Source: Fimbriosthenelais zetlandica (lineage: Eukaryota). Taken from it: a stretch of DNA of 64,000 nt. Under the pieces are notes generated by a model. That model was not told the origin of the DNA. It ran no database searches and saw only the letters and a program-made list of their open reading frames with translations. Shown in pieces: positions 12,985 to 25,300 of this stretch (its first letter is position 1; the number at the start of each line of letters is the position of its first letter). The DNA lies in NCBI GenBank assembly GCA_977030845.1, contig OZ365110.1, forward strand, positions 20,088,001 to 20,152,000. Reading direction: 5' to 3'. Position numbers and translations under genes: made by a program.

Positions 12985-15900
12985 ACCATGATTTGGACGA
13001 CCTGGAGATGCAGGTGGTGCGGTACAAGCCTGAAGGCTTGGACGCCCTCTGCCGAAACACCAAATTCTCCCGAAAAGAACTCCAAATCATGTACCGAGGA
13101 TTTAAACAGGTAAGTAGGCATCCACATATATTATAAAGTATACATGTAATATAGAAAGTAATTAATAAATCAATTTCTGATGGATTTTAGTGACTTTTTC
13201 TATCACAGATCTTGTTCTTTCATGGGTGTGTAGTAGGCCTATTCAAACTCCTATGATGTGTCTTTGACCCATGAAATCTCAAATAAATCATCATCGTTCA
13301 CACATTACTTTGCCGATTTGATATATAAGCTTTGGTCATTATATTGACTGATAAGGCCCACATCTAGGCTGGGGTAGGACTGGCCAGGATGGGATCTAGA
13401 TGTTAAGATGAGCAGGTCTATGGGATTTCCTCCAGGAACACCATATGGGTCTAAGCTCTGGGTCTCATCGTTTGTGATTTGAGATGAATCAAGCAGCTGA
13501 GCACACTCAAGCGTTATTCTGATAAAGTGTCCACCACAAACTATAGAAACCTAACTCATGCAATGGTGTGTCTCCCTTCATTGTCTTTTTTGTTTGAAAA
13601 CACCAGGCAGATTCCCAGAAGATGTGAATGAGAATTCCGTCTGAAAGGTGGAAACATAATATTGCATTCATGATATCTAATACGCTTGATATCTATTCTA
13701 ATATGCTTGTTGTCCGAAATAATCCATATCGAGACTTGAATCTCAAAAACTTGAAGAAATGGGCAAATTATTTCGAAACCATTTCATCTGATATAAAACG
13801 TTGTAAACGAGATGTGTCATACTATACTGTATAGATACATCCTTGAAGACTTTACAGGTTAAATAGTGCAGCCTTTTGGAGTTTTAAATAGACAGTTGTA
13901 AACGGCAATGCAAAGAAGATTTAAGTCTTTAAACTCAGTGAAAGTTAAAGGCTTCAGACTGAACTTTGCATCGTTAAGGTCGAGCTGCTGGTAGCCTTCT
14001 AACTTCTGTGATGGAAAGGAAAATATGTTCAGTTTGGGTCCTTTGTTTGTCGAAAAGTGGTCGCTGTTGCTTTGAAAGAGATCATTGGCTTCTGCACCCA
14101 TGTTTCTATTAAAAGCTCGGTGTTAACCTGCATAGATCATCTTCATAAAAAAAGGTTGGGTTATATTAACCCGGTGTACAAAAGCACCTTTAAGTGACTG
14201 TTTCAATATGTGGTAACTATACTCCTTTGAATACTCCCTTTTCCGAACATTACGTTTAAAACTATTATTCAACTATAATATAATATATGCTATAGTATAT
14301 GCTTCGATTTTTTAAATGTATTTCCATAAAGATTTTGATTATCTACGTGTATCTTATATATATTATATAGTGTTCGTGTATTATGATAAATGTGCTTCAT
14401 TTGCATGGTTATGGTTCTCTATATTATACAGCACCAAAATTATGTACATGTATGATGGCATGTCCTGTCCTGGTCTAAATGTTTTCCCACGCAAGAACTT
14501 TAGATGCATGCATATATGTACATATGGCATGCAAAAGGGAAGGAATAAGACCCCTGCTATAATAGAGCCATCAAGACCGAAAATACCTCAGCTATGACAC
14601 GACTCTGCTTCTAACAGCCCACTTGATGTTATATATAGAAGCTGTCATCAAAAACCTTATGTCCTTTGACCTTAGAGAACAAGAGAGCAGCTCTAGCAAA
14701 GAAGTGATTCATATAAGCTCGACCCATTTAGCTACTACAACAAGGTTCTTTAATGAATAGATCTGGAGAGAAAAAAATAGAAGGGAAGTGGTATTCAAAT
14801 GGCATTCATGATATAGTTATTCTATTGACAGCGATCTCATATGGTTTGGAAAAATATTAGTCAATGCACACGAAGGTGTTCAAAGCACTATAATACAATG
14901 GATGAATCGAGAGTAACAGGTAAAATATGGTATTAACAATTGTTTAAAGTTCGCCCCCGAGGCTGGCCCCGATATTTGTACATAACAGGTATTAAGTTCT
15001 CTCAATCAAAGGAACCACATGGATTATATTCCGTAAACGGTGTTACATGTCATAAGAGTTGTTGTCACATAATATTCATTACGTAATGTTCCTTTCTATC
15101 TAATTAGAATCTCATGTGCCAAGTATGGCCAAGTATTATCATGGATGTTATTCACATGCCCTTTGTATTCCGTTGAAATATGTGGATTTACCTGTATTTC
15201 TGATGCCAGAAGAAAATGTACAGTGTGCACATCTGTCATAGAAACCAGTGCATTGCATGATATCTAAAATCAGCCTGCATGGTATATTGGGTTCTAGTAA
15301 TTTATTTCATTATTAGGCATAGCTGAGATTGTATCATTAAGATGGTATTTTTTTTATTAGTCTGCGGCCTGAACATTACCATTAGCTGATCTAATGAAGC
15401 CACTTAGATATGCAAACCCCACAGGAAGAGACTCAATAAAGATAAAGAAAAGGGTGTTTTGGCATAAATTGCAGAATTAATGAGAGCTACCACCCCAGCT
15501 AGGACGAGCAATTCACACTTCTTCCCTTTGCCATGTTATGTGGTAAATTTCACTTCAAAATAAGAAGGGCAATGAATGAAAAGATCTGCCACCTTCATGT
15601 GACAACTGGTGCTATTTCATTTGGCGAAAATCGTCAGAGGTGTTACTTGAATTACCGAGGCTGGTTTCTTGATGAAGTTTAAATTTCGCTCGGTGTTTTA
15701 ATAGAGTGACTCCAACATCCAGGTAACTTTACTTGAATGACAGATGATGACTTTGGGAGCATTGCTTCTAAGAAACACTGTCTACAAGGCAGTATCGTGT
15801 TGCGCCTGAAGCTCTTAAGTGAGGATTGATAAGAAACTGGTACCATCCTATTTGAGAGGAAAAGACACCAGTCCAAGTGATTTTACCACAATCAGGAGCC

Positions 15901-18900
15901 TCATCAATCTGGTCTGAACCCATCTCCTCTCAAGTATGACCTTCTCCCATTCTTCTCGGACATTCCATACATGCAGCAAATAGCCAATATCAAATGTGTT
16001 TCATTCTTGGCCGTGCGGGAGATTAAGATTTCGCACGGGCAGCCTCTTCTTTCCACCTGAAAGGTCACCTGTCATTTCATTTGTCACGTTGCCATGGAAA
16101 CGGCCGTCTCTTTTCAGGACCGGTGTGCAGGCAGGGCAATCAGATGTTGGTGCTTGGTGGATGGGGCTGGAAATAAACAAGCAATCATTGAGGTCTCACC
16201 TGGTTTCTTATTTTGTTTTCATGAGGAATTGACCCTCCCATCATGCCTGAATTATTTCTAGCGTTCCTTGTAACAGGCTAGATTCGGCGAGGTCTTGGAA
16301 ACCTATAAAACGATGTGTTTTGCTCCCTGTAAAGGATACACCCTTTGACAAGAGAGTTGCATTGACTATAATGCCGGTAGGGAATGCATGAAACTTGTTA
16401 CAGTGCTGCTCATTGGTTGTGCCAGAAACGTCAAGCAAGAAGCCTTCTTGTCGAGTAGGCCTACTGTCTGATGAAGAAGGTGCATCAAAGTATGTCTAGA
16501 CCAAGAAGATAGGCACAGTCTCACAGGAGACTGGTGCAATCTGCCATGGAATTAGATGACATGCGATGCTAAAGCCCATCCTCCACTGCTGCGATTTTCC
16601 TTTGGACACTACTGCCGACAAATTTGATGCTAGTGTCACAATGAAATATGTACCAGTGAAGGACGCCCTTAAGCCTTGGACACTTTCAACCCCAATTTAT
16701 AAATCTCATTGCATCGCCTTTGTCGCAATAGTGTCGCAAGCAAAATCGCAGCAGTGGAGGATGGGCTTTAGTCTGTTGCTGAACTGATCCAATACCCTGA
16801 TGGCTGAAGTCAATCTCTTTGGTGGGGTCTGGCATCACTATGTGCTCTTTGCCTGGTTACAAATCAGAGAGCATGGAATGAGTGAAGCCACAACCCTGAT
16901 AGGTCGGTCGCGTGCTTAAAGCTATGGAGGGTCTTTCCGCACAGGTATTAAAGGATATATGGATCCTTAATCTGGAACCTGATTGGGTCTATGATAGATA
17001 GGACTTCACAGATGCTGGGTGGGATATGGATGGCTTTTGAAAATCTTTAATCACCAATTATTTCTACATGTTTCACATTATCATGTACATGTTTCTATAG
17101 TGTGTTTAAAGTTAAAAGTGCACCAGTGTTTATTAGAACGTGAGATTGTTGAAAATTAATTTCAAAATAACTCAGTTTTCCATATTGTTTACAGGAATGT
17201 CCATCTGGTATAGTCAACGAGGAGACCTTCAAGGATATATATGCACAGTTCTTCCCACAGGGTGGTAAGTAAAAAAGCCTTATAATTATTCGCTACATTG
17301 TACATATATTTATCATTTGGATATGTTAAGTACACTATAAATGTATGCATTCCACCCTGAACACTGAATGAACCCTCCATCATTCAATATTATGCAAATG
17401 GAAATGCAATATTGTTGTTTCTGTGTGTACGATATGTGTATGTATTCAGCTTCCTTTTAAAGGGGAATGATTCGGAAGCTCTGTGCGTCTGTTTTCTATG
17501 TTTCCATTATAAAAAATCATGGCAGATGTTTACAATCTTTTCTTCCTGCCTCGCTGCTGTACAATCGACAGGTGAACACGTTAAATATATTTGGCGAAAA
17601 CACTATGATGCGATCTCCCACTCTAGAGTGCAGATCTACATAGAGCTTTCTTTGTTTTTTTTTCTGTCAAACTTTGCTTTGCTTTATAGTTTCTTGCATG
17701 TCCATTTTTTTCTTCTTTTTAAGTCCCATATTCAGGGGAATGGTTTTGTCCGTCAATCAATGTTGTTCTTTTATGCAAACTAAAATCTATCCTAGAATTA
17801 ACACTGAACCTAATGATTGGCCTGAAATTGTCAACACTATTATAGGCAATCAATAGTACACCTCTAGGCAGACCAAAGTCAAGGCGCAGTATAGTGCTCA
17901 AACTCATTAAAAGGGCAATTAGGTTTGTATGTTCTGCCAATTATTAGATAAATTAGCTAATCTACTTTCTCTTACTTCCAGATTCCAGTGCGTATGCCCA
18001 TTATGTGTTTAATACATTTGACCAGGATAGGAACGGGACCATAAGCTTTGAGGTAACCTCAAGAAAGGCATTGCCATGGATGTGTACTAATATTCCTGTT
18101 TCCTTCCACAATTCTCAATCGTTTACTCTTGACAAACTGATTCTTTATACTAATAGTTCCTACCAGAGATCTCTGATAATGAAAAAGTGTAATTTACTTT
18201 AGAAAATGTAGTCTGATCCCATCTTAATGAAAGAATGAATAATCTGAACAATTTTTGGTAAGTCCCTCTTCTGCTGCAGCCACTTGCTATGATGTTTTAA
18301 TATTGAAGATTGACATGTTTTGTGTCCTGGTTTTGGTATACAGGAGTTTGTGATGGGTTTATCAGTATTAGCGAGGGGCTCTCTACATGAGAAGCTCCAG
18401 TGGGCCTTCAGCCTGTATGACATCAACGGTGACGGCATCATCACCAAGGACGAGATGCTCGACATCGTTAGCGCCATCTATGATATGATGGGACGGTTTG
18501 CCGAGCCATCTATAGACGAACACACAGCCAAGGACCACGTAGAGAGAGTTTTTCAGGTATGTTTTGCAATATTTCTGTTCTGTCTTAATAATGATTTTAA
18601 GAATTGTTAAAGAGGATAATGGTATTAAGTATATTCTACTGGCATTGACCAAATATTTTTTGAATATATTTTGGATGATGAATAATACCTTGCATACGAA
18701 AGGAGTTATGTTCTTAGATGTTTGCTTTCATGATGAAAAAGTCTTATTTTGAGACAATTGGTTTGCAATGTTCTATTAATTCAGATATATAACTCACTTA
18801 CTTTGTTTAGAAAGGAATGATTGCGTAGTGTAGACTAAAGAGCAGCAAGATGTAACAATATTTTACAATTAGTGTCTTGCACATTTTGATGTTTGGTCTT

Positions 18901-19253
18901 GGTCAATTTAGAGAAAGTATTGACTTCAGGCGAGTTATGAGTGTGAATGTCAGTGGTACATAGCTGTATCAAAAAATAGGTACAGAATCGTGGAAAGAGA
19001 GAGAATTTTCCTTGTAAATAAAATAATATTTTCAATTTCTAAAGCTAATATTATTTCTATCAGTTAAATGATGTCAAAATGAAAGCATATTATTTACCGG
19101 TAATACAGATTGATATATACCTATGCAGTAACATTATTGTGTCAGATTTAAAGAAAAATTGATATATACTCTTTACATTTTGTTGTTCAGAGAATGGATC
19201 TAAATAAAGATGGAGTCATATCTGTGGAGGAATTCATGGACACCTGTAGGAAG
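12985..19253 (+). CDS. KCNIP: Kv channel-interacting protein (KChIP/calsenilin), core exons 12985-13109, 17195-17264, 17982-18052, 18344-18556, 19191-19253
   Basis: All introns are GT-AG with consistent phases. Translation [127 protein letters not shown].../[21 protein letters not shown] shows the KChIP NCS signature (CPSG in EF1, EF2-EF4 loops). Confidence 0.97.
16088..16101. promoter_or_regulatory. RFX X-box in a KChIP intron
   Basis: GTTGCCATGGAAAC is a near-perfect X-box palindrome; CACCTG E-boxes and an AGGTCA half-site lie at 16050-16075. Confidence 0.45.
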
Positions 19254-19979
19254 GTATGTAACTGCTGATCGGCAGTATTTTACAATTTAATCTCTCACAA
19301 TTTCTAACTTACTATCAGTAAAGGATATAACAGATGGTCTTTAAAAATATATCTAAATCATGGATTTGTCCTGTCGGTTCTTATTTCAATGTTGCCTTCA
19401 ACTTTGCTACTTGTTAATATGCATCTATATAACTCTTGTCAGAACTCTTTTCCCTTTTAAACCTCCTCTAGAGCATGATTCTGATTCTTCATAACCTAGA
19501 ATCAATAGTTCTGGAAAAAATATCTTGATTCCTTATAGCGTATCGTCTTTTTATTTTCTGGCCAACCTTTTGCTCATGGGTCAAATCTATAGCAATCATA
19601 CTACTTGCTTAACCCGTTGCTCCTCAACCAAAATTCCTTAGCTTTTGCCTCGAGGTTTTGCCTCCTCTTGATTGAAATTTCTATTTCTCAATTGATCTTG
19701 GAAATAGAGCCTGAAAAAATATGTCCAAGGTTCTACAGTGGCTTTACTCGTATTTGTACATGTAGGCCTATACTAACTAATTCTGATCATCATATAGTTT
19801 TGTTGGAATAACTATCTTCTGTAACTCATACCTGTATTAAAATGGAAATATATGTGTCAATGTCTAATCACTTTCTTATGTCATATATTGAATCAGCTCT
19901 TAGGAAAGCCGATTTATTTCACAGGAATTTTCACTTTTAACATCGAAAGATGCATGTGATTTTTATCTGATCTTTTTAG

Positions 19980-20027
19980 GATAAAAACATAGAACAATCG
20001 ATGATGGTTTTTGACACGGCCACATAA
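19980..20027 (+). CDS. KCNIP: KChIP terminal exon A (DKNIEQSMMVFDTAT*)
   Basis: Acceptor tctttttag|G in phase 0; 48 nt; resembles the KChIP C-terminal helix (vertebrate DENIMRSMQLFENVI type). AATAAA at 21080-21085. Confidence 0.85.
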   Translation, partial: DKNIEQSMMVFDTAT

Positions 20028-21297
20028 AGGTATTATAAACATGCTAGATAAGATGTGTCATCTATTACTCAAGTCTGGATAATTCTATTTTGCCCAGTAT
20101 TGAAAAATTTCCAACAATCCTCATACTTTAACATCACAATTCCAATTAATGTTAATCTGACTTATTATTTTAAGAGATTGATTTAGAACCAGAAACTTAA
20201 CTGAATATAAGTTAATAACTCAACGGGCAAGATAGATTTAAGTCCACAATTTTTTATTAATTTATTTCCTTACAATACATACTTAGATATTTATAAGTTT
20301 TGGTCCCATTTTATCAATTGTTTTTGTATACAGTGGTGTTAAGTGATCCGCGACTTTGAATAGGTCCGTTGTCATACATAAATCCTGGAAAGGAATTGCC
20401 TGAACTTTCTTATTTGATTGTAGAAAGGTTTCTTCTTTTTTGAAACCGTGTTGTAGTGAAGGGTTATATCGTTTTGTCGGTGTTATTTTGTTTCATCTTA
20501 CACATATATATTATATGTTCTTGGGAGTACCTTTTGCATGTAAACAAAAAATCGAATTTTCAGCCATCAAATTATTACTTAGAGCTTTGCATGAGAAGAA
20601 TGGCAGGTTGGTCCTCCGTATTAGTTAGGTTTCTGGCAGTTTTCGAGGATATGAACCTTGGCAGTGCAGCACATTCTTTGCACCATCCAGGTAGTACATG
20701 CAGTGTATGCCACAGGTCATTATGATATACACCATGGTTCATTCATTACTATTCTGCTCCTGTTCTTACTATTGACCTTACTATCTCCAAAAAAGCTGAA
20801 TCGAATCCTGGGAGAGGACTCTCTATAGGCTAGTTTTGGCTCAGTGACATGACCAATGAAACCTTGCATTTTAGATACCTTCAACTTTTTGGACTTTATT
20901 GCCTATATTTACCAAAGGCTATTTACCAATTGCCCTCATAATGATTAAGTCAAAGGGAAGCCATATGGCTCGCCATCTAGCTTGCTTCTGCGCGCTACTA
21001 TATTTGAATTCCAAAGTGATAATACTGCATGCATTAGGTTTAACAGCTAATCCATAGGCCTAATATCATCTTAGACCGAAATAAACCCATTTTGACGAAC
21101 AGTTTTCTGGGAGGGGGAAAACATCTACTAAAACTGTATGCATCTGAATTTCTTTGTCGCGTGTCTCTTATTATAGCTCCAGGCTGTATAATGCTTGCAC
21201 AGATCGCGACCAAAAAAAATATAATGTCATAGAGACAAACAAGGCTGATTTTATATTCATGTTACATTAACATAGTTTCTCCTCCTCTATTTTCCAG

Positions 21298-21345
21298 GAC
21301 GATTATGTTTCAAAGTCCATGGCTATGTTCGACACGGTTTTGTGA
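21298..21345 (+). CDS. KCNIP: KChIP terminal exon B (DDYVSKSMAMFDTVL*)
   Basis: Acceptor ctcctcctctattttccag|G in phase 0; also 48 nt; shares the D...SM..FDT pattern with exon A. Confidence 0.85.
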   Translation, partial: DDYVSKSMAMFDTVL

Positions 21346-24300
21346 TGTATGATGTCGACACAAGAGGACGCTTTGCCCAATCATCATCTAATGCCCTACC
21401 ATATGCTATGTGCATGGTGGGCATTCCACGCATGATGCCCAAAGTGAAACTCTTCCGACATGTTAGCAGACAATTGGGGATGAGAAGTACTTCAAACCGG
21501 CCGATTGTAGTCGCAAGCGAAACAAAACCGACGGGTTAGGTCGTCGTGTGACCTATACTAGAATAATAACCGAATGATACAGGAAAGATGTATTATCATC
21601 TCTTTCTCCGATCATATGCACTTCTAATCTGAGGGGAACATTGCACTGGTTGTTATAACAAAGCAAATGATGTTCAAAGCGCCTCGCGTGATTTTATGTA
21701 TATTACATAATGTATACATGGTGTAAATGCCTATTTATTTAAGGCAAAGTGCAAGGGCTCACATACTCAGTGGATTTTTGGATATAGTATACTTGTATGT
21801 ATACATACACATGAAACACATTGAGATTGGTTAAACAATCTTAAGTTCCTGTTCTGACTAATCATGTCAGAGGCTTTGTTTTACAGATCTAGTTGTATAG
21901 GCAATTTTGTCCCCTTATTTTTTTATATTGCACAACAGAGGCATCATTGAAACTGTTGTCCAACAATATCAATTTGAGTTTCTTAGGTTTCACACCAAGT
22001 ACACTGGTACATGGCTGCGATGAATAAGTTTATATTTGGATTCCAATATTATTGTACATACTTATATTCATTATAATTATTTTGCCAATTTTTTACATTT
22101 ATTAAAATCTGAGATAAAATATTTCAGATCGATTGTAAATCGACTTGTTCTTGACTTGGGATTCAATGTGTATAACCCTATTCTTCAAAGAGTCCCCGAT
22201 ATGTACAATTCATAAATGTCAGAATATTTGTCAAAACCTGAATTAGCAGGAACAAACGACATGATCAGAAAGTTCAAGTTCACTTCTCGTGGTGTAAAGA
22301 AATAAGCTTACGTAAATTGACACATATCGACTGCATTGTATTATAGAATAGCACGAAGATTCTCATACAAATTTTACAAATGGAAAAATGACAAATATCT
22401 GGACCCATTAATATACTTATTCTGAAACAAAGTCAAGGTTATAGGTAAAAGACTCGAATTGTTGATTCAGTGGATCAGTTAATTCCATTTGAACTGAGAA
22501 TAATGATTATGTACATGTATACATGCAATTTTCTTCTTTACCTTTTGTCTTCTCTTTCAACGTAGAATCCTAAGAAATCAGTCCGTCTTTAATCATAATT
22601 ATTCCCCTTGTAAACATTCTCCTGGTTTTTATGTGATGAATAAAAAAGAAGTGTAGGCAGGGTATTTAAAGGGATAGACTATTGTAACAAGCCTTAACCC
22701 TACTGAGGTAGTGACAGTGAATTCATGTCATCAACGATATCTCATTGTAGAATTAGTGCATTCGGGAAATAACTCTTATAATTACCCTTATGCAGATTTC
22801 CAAGATTCATCAAGATATACAAATTCGCAGGGTTGTTTTTGTGGGGTTGTGGATTTTGGTGGGACAATGAAATATCAAAAGTGAAAATTATGTTCCGAAA
22901 CTGGATAAAAAGTTCCCTACTTGATGTGGGCTTATTTTGTGTTAAATGACACTCCCTTTATTTACACTCCCTTCGTCATCAACTCAGATTCTATTGAATA
23001 TGCCTATTTTATTATCATCGGATATATTCTCATAGCTCTTAACTAGTCTGTATAAAGACAAACGTTAGATTTAGAGTTCAGAAACTCCTATATATAAATC
23101 GAGCTTAGTTACAGTACTGTTAAAAAGCTGCTTTGAGGAATTTTTTTCATGAGTGTTTTGGAGATACCTGGAGTATGCGAATGATAGTAGAATTTCCACA
23201 TTATTATTGACTGCATCATTCCAACGTTTAAACTCATATGGGAAGAATATCCCAAAAAACATCATTTGGAAAGAATATTTCTAGAGAGGGAATGTCGGAC
23301 TATTACTAACCGCTTACATGACAATGATGATAGTGATAGGCCTATTGGTTGCTAACAAACATCAAGAACAATCATGTTGAAGTTTCTCCTGAAAGACACC
23401 TAGTCTTCATTTTGGTTCATTTTCTTCCTTGTAATACTAAAATAATTCTATATTAGGCCCCTACTTTATTCTAGATAAAGTCATTCACTGCATGCATAGG
23501 CTAAGATGCTATTTTCATGGGTTTTTGGTTTGGAGTTATACAGATAAGTGACTATGAATAAAAACTAAGAGATGCTATGAAATGAAATAGTGATTTCATA
23601 AATATGGCGTATTGTTTCAACTCGATGCAACACAAGCCAATTTGTATGTTTTTCTACTCAGTTATAAAACTGTCCCATTTCATTTCTAAAAAGGAAATTG
23701 TCACCCATTATAGTTCTATAATGACTAACTGGATTTGTTTCAACAAGTGGATGTACGAAAGAATAGAATGAATGTGTAAAGAAAATGTTAGAACATCACC
23801 AAATTCACGCATTTTCACTACGTTTTCCGTAGATTGTGCTATGTGGTGGCTAACTATGGTTTGTACATTATATAAATACACTTATATCTGTCACAGTGGA
23901 CTTTGTTACTATTACGTCTCCCAAGCTGCCCACCGTCAGATTCTGTTATCCTAGTTCCGGTATACACATGTATGTAAGGAAGGAAATCAATGTTATGGTA
24001 GAAGAGGAAATGCATTGTGCATGGGAGGCATGTTGTCGTTATGTGATTTTATCCCAATGGAATTATATGTATAAAATCTGAATTATTATGGGTGTTAAGA
24101 CCTGCCTTGATATACATGAATAAATATATTACATTATACTAATGTGCGTCTTCTTATATTCAGTCGTTCCGGTTCAATACCATAACAAATGTCAGACGAA
24201 ATTTCAACAAGACTTTTTTATTTGTCATATAGGCCTATATCAGGCTCCAACCAAATGGTTAACAACACTTCTTGTGTGGCTACATAACTATGTTCATTCC

Positions 24301-24365
24301 GCCTGCTTCTTGAAATCGACAGCAGAAGTCCCAGACATAGATAGTTCCGTTGTCAATATCCATCA

Positions 24366-24602
24366 CTAGATGTCGCCCCCGTCAGGTCTTCCAAAATCCA
24401 TCATTGCAGCAATGGAATCCGACACATATGCTTGCCTCTCAAGGGCCTTCACTAAATCCTGTGCCTCCTTCTGCATCATTTCTAGTCTGGCTAGTGTGAC
24501 GGACTTGAGTGGGACGATCTTTGGTTTACACAGCGCAAAGGATGAATTAACTTCTTGATGGAGATGGCCCTGTTTAGGCAGGCACTCGGAAAATTCACTC
24601 AT
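24366..24602 (-). CDS. BBIP1: BBSome-interacting protein 1 (BBIP10/BBS18), 78 aa
   Basis: ECLPKQGHLHQEVNSSFALCKPKIVPLKSVTLARLEMMQKEAQ matches the BBIP1 motif EVLPKQG...[20 protein letters not shown]. The ATG directly follows the acceptor ttttttag. Minus-strand AATAAA at 24217-24222. Confidence 0.92.
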   Translation of the reverse strand: MSEFSECLPKQGHLHQEVNSSFALCKPKIVPLKSVTLARLEMMQKEAQDLVKALERQAYVSDSIAAMMDFGRPDGGDI

Positions 24603-25093
24603 CTAAAAAATGTAAAATGTGTTTAGGTTAAATCCAGATATTGCCCTAGGTGTTAGTCTGTTAGTGTTAATTAGTGAAATAGGCCTAAGGCTAAGGTAGA
24701 CATTCTTGCCAATGGGGCATTATTTATTACTAAATATTAGCCTCCTAAATAAAATAGGTCTAGGCCTAATTAGGCTACATTTTGATAGGCCTACCGTACA
24801 TCATTAAGATATCCTACACATGACTTGGTTTTGAAAGGACTACGATATGGCCTAGTGCTAGGCGGGGTGTTGGGATAGGCCTAATTATAGGCCAACCTAT
24901 CCTTGTTTAGGCCTAGGCCTAGGCTACATGTATGAGCGATAATACAAGAAAATCCCACATAGACCTATAGGCCGTTCACATCAGCATATTAAGCCTAACA
25001 CTTGTAGCTAATAAGCCTATGTTTGATTAATAAATACAGGAGGTTCTTGTAGGCCTACCTAATAAGTAATAATGAAAGCGTCTTTCAACTTAC

Positions 25094-25200
25094 ACTTAGG
25101 CCTGTATGATGGTCAGACACACACCTTACGTCAGCCTCTGGTGGTTTTGTCTGCTGGAGGATCCGCGCCACTAACGGGAAAATTAGAACTAGCTACGCCT
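25094..25200 (-). other. BBIP1: Probable non-coding first exon of BBIP1
   Basis: GC-richer, ATG-free segment with minus-strand donors |GTAAGT (exon end 25094) and |GTAAGG (exon end 25130). The 5' boundary is unknown. Confidence 0.4.
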
Positions 25201-25300
25201 ACAGTCTGTTCACTCTAAGTTGATCCGAAACTAGGCCTATGTAGGCTACATATGTATGGTGGTTTCGGATCAACTTAGAGTGAAGAGACTGTAGGCCTAG
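25193..25300. repeat. Near-perfect hairpin, 34-39 bp stem and 30-nt loop
   Basis: cctacagtctgttcactctaagttgatccgaaac (25198-25231) is the reverse complement of 25262-25295 with one mismatch; the stem extends about 5 bp further with one more mismatch. Confidence 0.9.

Noticed and set aside
21343-21490. SECIS-like ATGA-n11-AAA...GA after the TGA of KChIP exon B
   Set aside because: The helix pairs only partly, the apical region is too long and unstructured, and the TGA falls at the normal KChIP C-terminus.
24366-24602. G-protein gamma subunit reading of the small ORF
   Set aside because: There is no C-terminal CAAX, and the PKQG and LCKPK..PLKS motifs identify BBIP1.
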